Source: Mobula hypostoma
Taxonomy: Eukaryota
Assembly (NCBI RefSeq): GCF_963921235.1
Contig: NC_086097.1
Coordinates: 42,658,001-42,722,000 of the forward strand
Reading direction: 5' to 3'
DNA: 64,000 bases
Shown: positions 25,081 through 38,604 of the stretch, piece by piece
How the letters are laid out: the number at the start of each line of letters is the position of its first letter
Numbering within the stretch: the stretch's first letter is position 1
Notes under the pieces: model-generated
Seen by the model: only the letters and a program-made list of their open reading frames with translations
Told to the model about the DNA's origin: nothing
Databases searched by the model: none
Program-made: the position numbers and the translations under genes

Positions 25081-25199
25081 TGGCGACTATTTGTGTTCAG
25101 CTCCAATGGGTATCATCAAATATTCCTATTTAGGACTACTACATCTGAAATTCACAGTCACAGCCATGGGTACTTCAGTAAGCAACTTCATTTTAAGAT

Positions 25200-26420
25200 A
25201 TTTTAAAAATCTATCAATCTTTAAAATCGGCGGATACCAGACGACTGACTCAGATCATTAGTGCAGTTCCCCTTTAAGAAAAAGGGAAGGAGGAAAGAGG
25301 GTGGGTCTGCAGGTACAATTGAAACACAGAGCTCTTAGATCCCCATTCCCAACTATCTTGCTGGCAAAGGTACTGTCTATGGAAAATAAAATTGAAGACC
25401 TCAGTGCAAGGTTGTCCCTAGAAGGATATCAGAGACTGCTATGTACTTTTTTTTCACGGACACATGGCTCACTCCCACCATTTCAGACACAGCGCTGCAG
25501 CCCAAGGGTTTCACCAGCCTCCAAAAAGACAGGACAGCTGAGTCTCAAAAAGGTAGTGGAGGTGGAGTATGCTTTATGATTAACTTATCGCGATGCACAG
25601 ACATGGCTATTCTGTCTCAATCATGCTCACCTGACCTGGAACAACTAGCGGTCAATTGCCATCCCTTTAACAGTCAAGAGAGTTTTCCACCGTTGTCCTG
25701 GTAGCGGTGTACATTCCACCTCAGGCTAATGTCAGGCACTGAAGGAGCTGAGCACTGCAATCAGCAGTCACAACACAATGCACTCTGATTCCTTCCCTAA
25801 CATTGTGAGGGATTTCAACCAGGCCAGCTTGATGAAGTCTCTGAACATCTACCATGCACATGTCACCTGTGGAACCAGAACACTTGGCCACTGCTATACC
25901 AGTTTCAGGAAGGGGAAGTCGAGGGAATACACACGTCAGTCCTCATCGAAGGATCAGCAGTGGAAAGTTCCTGGTTGTCAACATCCCTGAAGATCTATCC
26001 TGGGTCCAGCCTATTAATGCAATTACAACAAGGCACAACAGTAACTATGTTTTATGCTGAGTTTGAGATTCTCATAAATTTCTACAGATGTACCGTGGAG
26101 AGCATTTTAACTGGTTGCATCGAGAACACCTTCAAAAGGTAATGCCTCAAAGAGGTGGCATCCATCATTAAGGACCCCCATCACCCAGCTCATGCCCTCT
26201 TCTCATTGCTAACATCAAGGAGGAGGTTTAGGAGTGTGAAGACACACACTCAACATTTCAGTAACAGCTGCTGCTTCCCCTCCAACATCAGATTTCTGAA
26301 TGGACAATGAACCAATGTACACGAAATCACTACTCTTTTTTGCTCTCTTTTTGCAACACTTGTTTACTTTTTTAAATATATTTCTTACTGTAATTTTTAG
26401 TTTTTGTTATTTTTTTAGTT
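25200..26420 (+). mobile_element. Rex1 element with a large internal deletion (AP-endonuclease N-terminus fused to 3' end)
   Basis: PTILLAKVLSMENKIEDL, FTDTWL, GGGVCFMIN and VRDFNQASL (APE), then a jump near 25905 to DFRK...NFYRCTVESILTGCI; the RT core is absent. Confidence 0.8.
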
Positions 26421-26599
26421 TTTATTTTCAAGATACAGTGAGGAGTAGGCCCTCCCAGCTCAACGAGCCACACCGTCCAGCAGCCCACCTATTCAATCCT
26501 AGATTAATCACAGGACAATTAGCAATGACCAATTAACCTACTAATTTGGTAAGACTTTGGACAGTGAGAGGAAACCAGAGCACCAGGAGAAAACCCATT

Positions 26600-27426
26600 T
26601 CTGATTCTGATTCTGATTCTGATGATGGATGCTACTTTGCTACAACAGCACTCCTTGTCAATGTGCTCAGTGGTGGCGAAGACTTTACCATGATGGAATG
26701 GGCTGCATTCATTACTTTTTGTAGTCATTTCCACTGGTGTTTCCATATCAGGTCATGATGCACCCAGTCAATTTACTCTCTACTGTGTATCTATAGACGT
26801 TTGACAAAGTTTTAGGTGACATGCTGAAACTTCACAAACCTCTAAAAAAGTAGAGGTGCCTTCTTTGTAATGCATTACAAAGAACAACTCAGGACAGAAC
26901 CTCTGAAATGATAATGCTGAGGAATTTAAAGTTACTGACCCTCTGCGCCTCTGATGCCCTGAGGAGGAGTGGCTCATGGGCCTCCGGTTTCCTCCTCCTG
27001 TCATCAAAAATCAGCTCTTTGGTCTTGCTGACATTGAGTGAGAAGTTGTTATGGCATCACTCAGCCAAGTTTTCATTTTCCTGCCTATATGCTGATTCAT
27101 CACCACCTTTGATTCGGCCAGTGACAGCGGTGTTGTCAGCAAATTTAAATAAGGCATTGGAGCTGTAGTTAGTCTCACAGCCATAAGTATAGAATGGGTA
27201 AAACAGGGGGCTAAGCACCTGTACTGGCAGAGACAGTGGAAGAGAGGTTGTTGCCAATCTAAACTGACTGGGGTCTGCAAGTGAAGAAAATCAATGATCC
27301 AGTTGCACAAGGAGGTATTTAGGCCTAGGTCTTGGACCTTATTGATTAGTTTTGAGGGGCTGATAGTGTTGAATGCTTAGCTGTAGTCAATGAAGAACAT
27401 CCTGATGTATGCATCTTCACTGACCA
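26600..27426 (-). mobile_element. Rex1 RT fragment interrupted by the hAT element; continues at 30978-31050
   Basis: [22 protein letters not shown] and CNWIIDFL. The sequence after 30977 resumes the upstream RT segment (GAAATGACATCTGCTG). Confidence 0.8.
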
Positions 27427-30400
27427 CAGAGGTGGCGCTGAGGTGGTGCTATAGCACCAGCAGAAATTACAATAGCACTACCGTAGCACCACCAAGAAAT
27501 TAACTGAAATTTGACATACAAATTGCAGCTGCTTTGCTTTCTCTGTATAGTTTTGAATACAGCTTGTTTCTCCGGTTGATCTAGTGAAACAGCACCCATG
27601 CAACAATAAAGTTATAAACTCTGCGCTGGTCTAAAGTCAGATCCACTCTACACTTCTGCCTATTCATTCGTTGTCAATGTCTTGCCGTTGCTGTCCTCAG
27701 ATCAGTTAAGCTGATCACTTCAGGTGGTGATGTCACTCACTCTCACTCACGCAAGAGATTGATAGTATGCATACACTGTACAGGATCCAGGTGCAGATCC
27801 ATGGTCTCGTGAGACTAACAGATACCACGCACACACACATTGTGCTTTTACAAGCTAGCGTCGGCCTGCCACGTGCATTATTTTGGCCGGCGTGAAAAAT
27901 GGATCGATTTTTAGTGAGAAAATGACCTCATCCAGAGGAATCAGTGGTGTCTCAGCCTGAGTCTGTCTTAATTGAAAGTGACATGCAGAAAGAAGTAAGT
28001 GGGGATGAGGACGACAGCGGTTTATTGAAGGAGTATGAGGGTGAAGTAGAGGAACAAGAAATGGAGCAGGATTCGGAGGAGAACATGAATGAAGCTGCTC
28101 TCAGTGCGAGTGGGAATGCTGTTAGCGATGTTAGCCAGCAGCCTGAGGAAGGACCCCGTCGGCCAGCATTGAAAAAGTACCCTTCGCTGTTCACAACAGT
28201 TTGGCAATCAGCAAAGGAGTTTTATTCGTGGCTGGTTTGACCTGTACTCGTGGCTGGAACATTCAATCGCAAAAGATGCTACATTCTGCTTCGCATGCAG
28301 GCATTTCCTGTGTGGAGGCCATGGGTTCCATTCTGAGTCTACCTTCACTGTCACCGGTTACCGCAACTGGCAGAAAGCTACAACAGCTTTCAAAACCCAC
28401 CATGTACGTGCAGCTTATAAGCTATGGAGGCATAGGCCGAATTCAGATTGAGAAAATAAGATGGTTCAAGATTGGGAAATATGCTTGATAAAGGACATGC
28501 AAAGATTGTCCAAGGAAATTGTGAGTATATGAGAGCAGTGGTTGAGTCTCTACGCTATACTGCGTGCCAAGACATTGTCCAGCGAGGACACCGGGAGGAT
28601 GATGGATCTGGCAGTAGGGGAAACTTTGTTGAGATTCTCAGTGTAATTGGGCAATTTGATAAGACTGTAGCTAAAAAAATAGAGGACAATCCTGGAAATG
28701 CAAAAAACATCCATCACGATATCCAAAATGAAATTATGGGTATTATGGTCAGACGTCAGATAAGTGCAGAAATCAAGGAGGCTGGACATTTTTCCATCAT
28801 GGTGGATGAAAGTAAAGACTTGAGTAAAAAGGAGCAAATATCAGTGGTGGTGCGATATTTGAATAACGAAGCATGCTTGAAGAATTCTTGCACTTCACTC
28901 CAGCAGAAGCATTAAAAGCGTTGAACAGACACTCGCCCAGTGTGTTATTGATAAGAACGCGTGTATAGGTCAGTGTTATGACGGGGCAGCAGCGATGTCC
29001 AGGTGCAATAACGGGGTAGAAGAGAGGTTCAGGAAAGCAGTCCCGCAGGCATTATATATACACTGCCATGCTCACAGACTGAACCTTGTTTTAGTGGATG
29101 TTGTGAGCAATGTACAACAAGCGGGCGGGTGAGTTTTTTGAAACTGTGCAGCTGCTTTACAACTTCTTTTCAAACTCTGTTGCCCACGATCTTTTCATGA
29201 AGAAACAGAGAGAACTGGAATCAACTGCACAACCCGTGGAGTTGAAGAAATTGTCAGATACACGCTGGGCATGGTAGTATACAGCTTTGTGGGCTATAAG
29301 GAAATCACTCCCTGCCATTCTAGCTACACTACAGGATATTATGGGTCAACCAAATGCGCAGAGAAAAACGGAGGCCAGAGCTGTAAATGGACTGATTGAC
29401 GAACAGTTTGCTTTACTTCTCACTCTGTTTGAGGCTTTATTCCGAGTCACCAAGTTCATGTCAGACCAGCTACAATCTCCCAGTTTGGATCTTTCATCTG
29501 CTGTGGACTTGGCTCAGTCTGTTATCGATGCACTCTCAGCAAAACGGGGAGAGGAATCATGGAGTGAAATTCAGGCAAGAGCTAGGGATCTGTGCGTCAA
29601 GGCTGGTATACAGAGCAGACCACATGAAAGGAGACAGGCCCAGCCACACTGCCGCCTACATGATTTTGTTGTTGAGGCCCAAACTGAACACACACCTGTC
29701 ACATCCTCTGATGACCTTCGCAAGCACTGTTTCTATCCGGTTATAGACAGACTTCTGACTGAAATGAAAAGACGGTTCTCAGTTGAGACTGGGGGTGTTC
29801 TGACTGGAGTCTCAGCATTGAGTCTCAAACACAAGTTCTTCCTAGACAAGAATTGTCTTTGGCCAATGGCCCAATACTATGGAGTGACTGAAGTGAACCT
29901 GACTGCAGAGCTACATCAGGTTCGGCATCTGCTGGAAACAAAACAAAAGCAAAGACAGACAGTGAATGACAGTGGAATTTCTAGCTCTAATGAAACCCTA
30001 CCACGATGCATTTATAGATTTATACAAACTAATCTGCATATCACTGACTCTACCTGTGACATCTGCCTCATGCAAACGGAGTTTTTCTTGCCTCAGACGC
30101 CTCAAGAACTACCTAAGGAATAGCAGCGGCGATGCTCGGAACAGCAGCTTGGCCCTGTTGGCCATAAACAGCCGCAGGGCACTTGACATCCAGGAAATCA
30201 ATGATGCTTTCACCACCAATCACAACAACAGACAGATTGTGCTTCTCTGAAAACATCAAAGGTGAGTGCAGTTGATTTTTTTAAAGTTTGGTCCAAGATT
30301 AATGCTGATTATTATTATTATTTTGTGGTGGATACCCCATAGTCCTTATGTTTCCTGCAGATCCTAAAATATTACATTTACTGCTATTAAGCCTACTGGT

Positions 30401-30977
30401 TTTGCTTAGACTTCCAAGCAGTGATTCTGTTGATTTTTGTTTTAAATTCAGTAGCCGAATTAATTGAGGTATTGCATGGTCAGAGTACGATTTGTCCAGC
30501 TCCTGGTAAAGCCTTGCATCTGGTTGTTTGCCTTATTTGACTTTAATAACGGTGTATCTTTTGACATTATCTGTCTATGTAATGCGAATAACAATGGACA
30601 TTGTGGGTTAGTGTTGTGTTTTTCAGTTGAAAAGCATGCATTTGATGCTGATTGCGGGATTGGTGCGTGATTCACGTTGTGCGCTGTGGGTCGGATGCTC
30701 AGTTGGTTTGTTTGTTTATGCTCTGTGTAGCCCGGGTTGTCTCCCATGCTGTTGACACTGTCACAGTTCACTTCTATATTAGATCTATCAATTGCTGTTG
30801 CTTGTGAATCAACAGAGGCATTTATAGTAGGCACATAATGCTTGAAACTGACTTTTTAACGCCACGCATCTGGCCTTGCGAATACATATTACCATACAGT
30901 GCATCCCTCAGCACCATCACTGAATAATTCAGCCCCACTGTAGCACCAGCAAGAAAAAATCTCTGGTGCCACCACTG
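27427..30977 (+). mobile_element. hAT DNA transposon (ZMYM1-like/Tip100-type), full length but decayed
   Basis: TIRs CAGAGGTGGCGC and GTGCCACCACTG (10/12 complementary); 8-bp flanks ACTGACCA and ACTGCCCG; internal transposase remnant. Confidence 0.9.
27899..30250 (+). pseudogene. Frameshifted hAT transposase (TTF-type zinc finger, DUF4371-like region, catalytic core, dimerization domain)
   Basis: QRGHRED..RGNFVEIL, HHDIQNEI, FSIMVDESKDLSKKEQISVVVRY, QCYDGAAAM, HCHAHRLNL, LPVTSASCKRSFSCLRRLKNYLR. Multiple stops and frameshifts; the catalytic E reads K. Confidence 0.9.
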
Positions 30978-31549
30978 ACTGCCCGGGTGTTCCGGGGTTC
31001 AATGAGGAGCTGAAGAAATGACATCTGCTGCTGCTGTTGAAGAACTTGCCTAAAACGAGAATAGCACCACAGGACCCAATTATATGATTATCTAGCTCCA
31101 GTTCGTGCCAGATAGCAACTCGCACAACCAATGTGAGCGCATGTACACACCAGTCATAGAATCATAAACTTATTACAGCACAGAAGGGAATTTCACAGCG
31201 TCTCAAGCCCACACTGTTTTTTTTTTTGCCTGATCGATTTGGTTAGTCAGCTCTTTCCCTGTAGGTCTGCACTTTTTTTCAGAACAACATTTATTTAATT
31301 TCTTTGTAAAAATCATAATTGAATTCGCTTCCAACACCCTCTCAGGCAGCAAGTCCTGGCTCACAACTAGTCACGGCGTGAAACAGTTAGAATTATTTCT
31401 GCATCCAAAGTGTCTTACATAGGCAGTTCAGAGGTGACTTTTTTGGATACGTTAAAAATAGCACATACCACAAAGTTACATGTATACTAAACAATTAGGA
31501 ATTGATCCTCTAAAACTTACTGAATATTAATTTTGGTATTGATATTGGT

Positions 31550-31885
31550 TTGGGTGGCGGGGTGGAGACAGGTCTCTACCAAAGGAGGTGTAAGGCACTC
31601 CCTCCCTCCGCTAGCCTGCTTTAGCCCCCCCCCAGTCAGGGTCACATGAAGCCATGGGAGCAGCTGGTGCATAGCACAAGTCCTGGTTATGTGACCATTG
31701 ATACAAGGCAGACAATCTCTGAAGAGTATTGATAATGGCTGGGGTCACCCATCTTGTAAAGAAGACACTGCCCAGGAGAAGGAACTGGTAAACCACTTCT
31801 GTAGAAAAATTTGCCACGAGCAATCATGGTTATGGAAAGACCATGATCACCTATTTCACATGACATGGTACATAACGAATGAACA
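31550..31885 (+). mobile_element. RTE-derived short non-autonomous element with 12-bp TSD
   Basis: GAAGGAACTGGTAAACCACTTCTGTA resembles RTE/BovB motifs; ATTGATATTGGT flanks it at 31538-31549 and 31886-31897. Confidence 0.7.
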
Positions 31886-31897
31886 ATTGATATTGGT

Positions 31898-32964
31898 ATT
31901 GGTAATGGTTTATTATAGTTTATTATTGCCAAGATACAGTGAAAAGCTTGAAAAGATCATTACACCGTGCATTGAGTTAAAATAAGGTAAAACAATCACA
32001 CTGCAGAACACAGTGTGAAAGTGATCGGAAAAGTGCAGTGCAGGTATATGATAAGGTGCGTGATCATAACAAGGTAGATTGTGAGGCCTAGTATCCAGCT
32101 TGTCATATGAGGTTCATTCCAGAGTCTGATGACAGTGAAATAGAAGCTGTCCTGGAGCCTGGTGGTACATGCTTTCAGGCTTTAGTACGTTTTGCCCGAT
32201 GGAAGAAGTGGGAAGAGAGAATGTCCAGGGTGGGTAGAGTGATTACGCCGGCTGTTTTACTGAGACAGCAGGAAGTATAAACACAGACTGGGGGGAGGAG
32301 CAGCTGGTTCCTGTGATGTGCCGAGCTGCATCCACAGCTCTGCAGAGTTTCCTGCGGTCACATGCAGAGCAGTTGCTATACCAAGCCATTGTGCATCCAC
32401 ACAGAATGCCTTCTATGGTGCACTGATAAAACTGATAAGTATCAACAGGGACATACCAAACTTCATTAGTCTCCTGAAGAAGTAGAGGCATTGGTGAACT
32501 TTCTTGGCCATGATATCAACACGTTTGGACCAGGACGTCATGTTCTCTCTTCGAAATTTGAAGCTCTTAACCTTCTCAACCTCAACAATGTTGATAGAGA
32601 CAACATGTACATCATTCCCCTTTCTGAAGTCAATGACTGGCTCTTAAGTTTTGCTGACATTGAGGGAAAGGTTGTTGTCATGACACTATGTAACTAAGCT
32701 CTCTTTCTCCCTCCTGTACTCCAACTCATCATTAATTAAGATGCGGTTCACTACGGTGGGATCATCTGCAAACTTGTAGATGGAGCTAGAGCACAATCTG
32801 GCCACACTGTCTTGAGGGTACAGGGGACAGAGCAGATTAGGGGGCTGAGAACGCAACCTTGTGAAGCACCAGTGTTTAGAATAATCATGGTGGCAGTATT
32901 GACCCTTATCATTACTGATTGCAGCTTGTTGGTCAGAAAAGTCAAGGATCCAGTTGCAAAGGAA
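31898..32964 (-). mobile_element. Older Rex1 copy, 3' half; continues at ~35095-35560
   Basis: [13 protein letters not shown] and FYQCTIEGILCGC; the continuation encodes FIPVPKRSKKMCLNVYCPVALTS. Confidence 0.8.
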
Positions 32965-32971
32965 GGCTTTA

Positions 32972-35087
32972 TACTTTATACTTTATTGTCACCAAGCAAT
33001 TGGTACTAGAATGTACAATCATCACAGCGATATTTGATTCTGCGCTTCACACTCCCTGGATTACAAATATTAAATATTAAAAATATTAAAAATAGTTAAA
33101 ATTAGTAAATATTAAAAAATTAAATTATAAATCATAAATAGAAAATAGAAAAATGGGAAGTAAGGTAGTGCAAAAAAAACCGAGAGGCAGGTCCAGAGGG
33201 TATTTGGAGGGTACGGCCCAGATCCGGGTCAGGATCCGTTCTTATCACAGTTGGAAAGATGCTGTTCCCAAATCTGGCCGTACGAGTCTTCAAGCTCCTG
33301 GACCTTCTCCCAGAGGGAAGAGGGACTAAAAGTCTGTTGGCTGGGTGGGTCGTGTCCTTGATTATCCTGGCAGCACTGCTCCAACAGCGGGCGGTGTAAA
33401 GTGAGTCCACAGATGGAAGATTGGTTTGTGTGATGTGCTGTGCCGTGTTCACAAACTTCTGTAGCTTCTTTCGGTCTTGGACAGGACAACTTCCATATCA
33501 GGTTTTGATGCACCCTAGAAGAATGCTTTCTACGGTGCATCTATAAAAATTAGTGAGAGTTTTAGGGGACAGGCCAAATTTCTTTAGTTTTCTCAGGAAG
33601 TAAAGGTGCTGGTGGGCCTTCTTGGCAGTGAACTCTGTTTGGCTGGACCAAGTCAGGTCATTTGTGATATTGACCCCGAGGAACTTAAAGCTTTTGACCT
33701 GTTCCACTTGCACACCACCAATGTAAATTGGGTCGTGCAGTCCACTACTCCTTCTGAAGTCAATAACCAATTCCTTTGTCTTGCTGACGTTGAGGGATAG
33801 ATTATTGTCTTTGCACCATGCCACCAGGTTCTTAATTTCCTCTCTGTACTCAAACTCATCATTACCCGAGATACAGCCTACAATAGTTGTGTCATCAGCA
33901 AACTTATATATTGAGTTTGATGGAAACTTGGCTACACAATCATGGGTGTACAGTGAGTACAGCAGGGGGCTGAGTACACAGCCTTGTGGGGCACCGGTGC
34001 TCAGAGTGATTGTAGAGGAGAGCTTGTCCCCTATTTTTACAGCCTGGGTCCTGACTGTGAGGAAGTTGAAGATCCAGCTGCAGATCTGAGTGCTAAGGCC
34101 CAGGTTCCGGAGCTTAGGAATCAGTTTATTTGGAATGATGGTATTAAAGGCAGAGCTGTAGTCAATGAAAAGGAGCCTTACGTATGCGTCTTTATTTTCC
34201 AGGTGTTCTAAGGAGGAACGTAGGGCCAGAGAGATGGCATCTGTTGTTGACCTGTTGCTCCGGTAGGCGAATTGCAAAGCGTCGAGGTTGACCGGTAGGC
34301 TGTGGTTGATGTGTGTCGTAACCAATCTCTCGAAGCACTTCATAGCAATTGATGTCAGAGCCACAGGTCGATAGTCATTCAGGCATGCCACCTTGCTCTT
34401 CTTCAGCACTGGGATTATTGTTGCCTTCTTAATACATGAGGGGATCTTAGACTGAAGCAAGGAGCAGTTGAAGATATCAGCAAAAACTCCAGCTAGCTCG
34501 CTTGCACAGGCCCGGAGAACCCGTCCTGGGATGCCATCTGAGCCCGTCACCTTCCTTGGATTTATCTTCAGGAAGGCCCTTCTAACGTCCTCCTCGGTGA
34601 TGATGAATCTCGATGCCACCAGGTCTGGTTCACCCGGAGGGAGCGGCACGCTCCTCTTCTGTTCAAATCTTGTATAGAATACGTTAAGTTCGTCAGGAAG
34701 AGAAGCGTCACAGTTATTGATATTCCCAGCCTTTTCTTTGTGCCCAGTGAACTCATTTAGACCCTGCCATAGTCTACTGGCATCCCTCTGGTTAGCCTGG
34801 GCTTCCAACTTGGCTCAATATTGCCTCTTGGCACCCTTAATGGCTTTCCGGAGTTCACGCCTGGATTCCGCGTAGCGACTGGTATCCCCGGACCTAAAAG
34901 CCACAGCTCTAGCCTCTAAAAGGGACTTGACCTCATAATTCATCCAAGGTTTCCGGTTAGGGAATACCCGGATCATCTTGCAAGACACACAGGCCTCCAT
35001 GATTTCCAAATAAAGTCCGTGACAGCTGAGGCATACTCATCGAGGTCGGCTGTCGAGTCCTTGAATACTGAATACTTGAATACTACT
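32972..35087 (-). mobile_element. Young 5'-truncated Rex1/Babar LINE nested in an older Rex1
   Basis: (ACTTTAT)n antisense tail at ~32972; GGCTTTA at 32965-32971 and 35088-35094 as a candidate TSD. Confidence 0.88.
33498..34808 (-). pseudogene. Reverse transcriptase domain of Rex1 ORF2 (436-aa open stretch bounded by stops)
   Basis: [56 protein letters not shown]. Confidence 0.92.
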
Positions 35088-36145
35088 GGCTTTAACAACC
35101 AGGGTCACAGGTTTGGTGATGAGTTTGCTTGGAATAATGGTGCTGAAGACAGAACTGTAATCAATAAACAATATTCTGATGTGTAGGTGTCTTTAGTATC
35201 CAAATGCTCCAGAGATGAATGTCCACCACTGAACTGTTTCAGCAGTAGTTCATTTTCAGTGGGTCAAAATCGTCTGGAAAGCTGGAATTGACCAGTCTCT
35301 CGAAGCACTTCATGACGTTAGAGCCACTGGGCAATAGACATTAAGGCACATTTTCTTGCTTCTCTTGGGTACTGGGATGAAAGCAGTCTTCTTAAAATAG
35401 GAGGGAAGTACAGCCTGAAGCAGGTTAAAAATATCTGCAAACATGCTTGCCAGCTGATCCAGACAGGATCTAAGGACACGGCCAAGGACACTTTTCAGGC
35501 TAGATGCTTTCTGCAAGTTCATCATGCAGGAGGCTGATCTTGTGTACGTGACAAAGACTGTGGATTTTCAGCTTCGACCCTCATAGTAGTTATTCCCAGA
35601 GCACAGTTTTCCCCATTCCTCAAACCTCGTTAATGCCCCCTTTTCCCAGTCGCCACCTGTGGACAAATACTGGGCTGCAATTACACCCCAGCACCACCAC
35701 CACCCACCTACAGTCTCCACTGCTGGTGCAAGTCAGAGTTCAGCCTTAGGAAAGGAGGATTGGAAAGCAAATAATCAGCTTCAAAATGTCGATGTTGATG
35801 CCTTGGGGCAGCTGAAATTTTATGTGATGTGCTGTTGGTTAGCACCCATTCCTGCCTTTCTGGTGCATCATAAGGATGCACTGGAATTTCTATGTAAGAA
35901 TATTTTCCTCTGGAGATTGCTATTTGATCACTGTCTCCAGAAAAGACTCATTAATAGGTCCATGGGCTGACCCTTCGACATGTGCTTGCTGTAGGCAATA
36001 TGCAGGAATATGCATATAAAGGGAGAAATTATGATAATTCACAGGAAAATACAACATGTATACTAGCAGTTGTAAACTTCCGTGATACGGATCACTCAGC
36101 TTCTTGTTGAAGGGGAAAGCAAAGGTTCCTCCAGAAGTCAAATAC

Positions 36146-36435
36146 ATTCAGTGGCCACTCTAATAGGAATATCCTGTACTTGGTAAAATGGCCGCTGAGT
36201 GTATGTTGGCCTAGCCCAACCACTTCAAATTTCAATGTCTTATACAGTCAGAGATGCTCTTCTGCACACCACCGTTGTAACGTGTGGTTATTTGAGTTAC
36301 TGTTGTCTTCCTGTCAGCTTGAACCAACCTGGTCATTCTCCCCTGACCTCTCATTAACAAGGTGTGTTTCACCCACAGAACTGCCGCTCACTGGATGTTT
36401 TTTTTCATCATTCTCTCTAAACTCTGGAAACTGTC
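36146..36435 (-). mobile_element. Tc1-like transposon remnant
   Basis: Terminal CATTCAGTGGCCACTCTAATAGG; the minus strand encodes ERGQGRMTRLVQADRKTTVTQITTRYNGGVQKSIS (Tc1 HTH region). Confidence 0.75.
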
Positions 36436-37354
36436 ACCACAAAATGGATTAGGGAATTCAGAAGAAACATCTTTGCATGGAGTGTGGTGAGAATGTGAAG
36501 GTTGTTGCCACAGGGAAACCCCATGTATTTAAAGGGGAGATGGACAAGCATACGAGGTGGATGGAATAAGGAATTAGGGAATTCCACTGAGGAACAATAG
36601 GAGGAAGCTTGAACAGGGCATAAATTTGGACAGCTTGCATCAAATAGCCTGCTTCTCTGCTGTAGAACCCAACTAATCCTTTTTTGACCTGGCAATCTAG
36701 CTTATTATGACCCTGCAACTTAATGATGCTTGCACTGCGCTTTCTCTGTAGCTGTAACACTTTATTCTGCATTCTCTCGCTGCTTTACCTTGTACTATTT
36801 CAATGCACTCTGTAATGAATTGATCACATGAACAGTATGCAAGGCACGCTTTTCATTGTAGTGCAGCCCATGTTACAATGATAGTAAATCAATTCAAATA
36901 ATAGGCAAATTATTTTAATTACACAAGATCCAAACTGTTGTTAAAATAGTTTATTTCATTTAGAACACTAAACTGTATTGACTTGTGACCAACAGAGTAT
37001 TATGGGCTGCGAGAAGGCTACACATTGATGTACAGATGAACACGAATCAGGAGCTGAAGCAGGCCACTTGGCCCCTCAAACCTACCCCACTGTTTAATGA
37101 GATACAGCTAATCTGACTGTATCCTCAGCTCCACATTCCAACCAGCTCCCTCCTTGAAATAAGCATCTACCTCCTTCTGCCACAGGAAAACATTCACATT
37201 TTCTGGTTCCACCACGCTTTGATGAAGAGAGATCCAAGAACAGTCAACCCTCTGAAAGGAAAACCTCAGGCTCATCGCAGTTTTAAGTGAGTGGCTCATA
37301 TTTCTAAACAGTGACCTGCTGTACGTGGCAAGACAATGGCAAAAATTGGACGTC

Positions 37355-37540
37355 ACAGCGGCAGAGTGGTTAGCACAACGCTTTACAGTACAGGTGACCT
37401 AGGTTCAATTCCCACCACTGCCTACTGGTCATTGTAAATTGCCCTGTGATTAGGTTAGTATTAAATTGAGGGATTGTTGTGCAATGTAGCTCAAAGGGTC
37501 AGAAGGGTCTATTCTGCATTGTAGATCAATAAATAAATTA
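37355..37540 (+). mobile_element. Internally deleted tRNA-SINE
   Basis: GGCAGAGTGGTTAGCAC (A box), GGTTCAATTCC (B box), tail TCAATAAATAAA. Confidence 0.65.
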
Positions 37541-38604
37541 ATACTTATCGGGACCCTCTTTTTGTGCCTTTCTACTGCCACCAAATGGATGTACTTAAAA
37601 TTTCTAGACAAGAATGTTTTCATGCCTTGCGAATATACAATATGAACTAATGGCTCCTAGGTATGTTCTGGAAGATGTATGCCTAAATCTCACCAGGTGC
37701 ACTATAAAAGAGGGTGATAGATTGAAATCATCCATTGCCAGAAGGAGTAAAGCGTTATATGCTGATGCTAATGAAGTGTGCATTGGCAATACTTTACTAC
37801 AACTGTGTATGTTCAATCACTTAAGGGAAAAGGAGACACCTGGTCAAAGGTAGTTGCCCTCACACCCAAGTGAAGAGCTTCTTGTAGAACTGAAACAAGA
37901 TGCTTCAAAGCACCAGAAGTAATGCCTGGAGTTCTTGGAACTACATCTTGGGCCTGACATCACCCCAATTTGTGGGTTTAGGTTTAATCCCAGTAAGAGT
38001 GGGGACAACAGCTCTGTTTCCTATGCAATCAAGATGTCTGCCCTTTAGATAGCCAAGAATTTGGAGTTGTCACTCTGTGGATGAAGAGATTTACAACAAA
38101 TCACTTTTTTAATCTTAAAATGCTGTAGCCATTATAGAGCTCACTTCCAGTAGTATCATGAGTAAATGTTTTAGAGTTGAGACAAAACTGATGAAGTATT
38201 TGGTAAGGGAAATAACTCAGTAGTCCTGATTTCCAGATGGTGGGAGGAAATGGATGCATCTCAAGTCTTCAACGCCGCATTAGTTTTCCAAGTAGCATTT
38301 GATGTTATGGTTTAGAACGCAGAATATAGAACAGCACAATAATGCAAATTTGCACATTATCCTAACTACAATGCATGTACAAAGGTGAAGGACTTCAGCA
38401 ACTGTGAAAGTTGTACAGGAGTCTGATAATCCTGCACACTTGAACAGCTAAGTTGTTTAAAGACAATCAGAAATTAAAGAAGCATCTTCTTTAGCTTAGA
38501 TGAGAATCGTTGAATTCCAGATGTGCCAATCAGTGTGCATGTACAATATCTCCAGTTTTACCCATCAGAGACATTCCCTCTCCCCCATCCTTCCTACAGC
38601 TTAC

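Noticed and set aside
27899..30250. Host ZMYM1-like gene
   Set aside because: Many frameshifts and stops, and it is enclosed by TIRs and a TSD inside a LINE, so it is a transposon relic.
33498..34808. 436-aa RT ORF as an active or domesticated gene
   Set aside because: It is bounded by in-frame stops inside a 5'-truncated LINE that lacks the endonuclease: young but dead.
37355..37420. tRNA gene
   Set aside because: A and B boxes are present but there is no cloverleaf, and a SINE body and tail follow.
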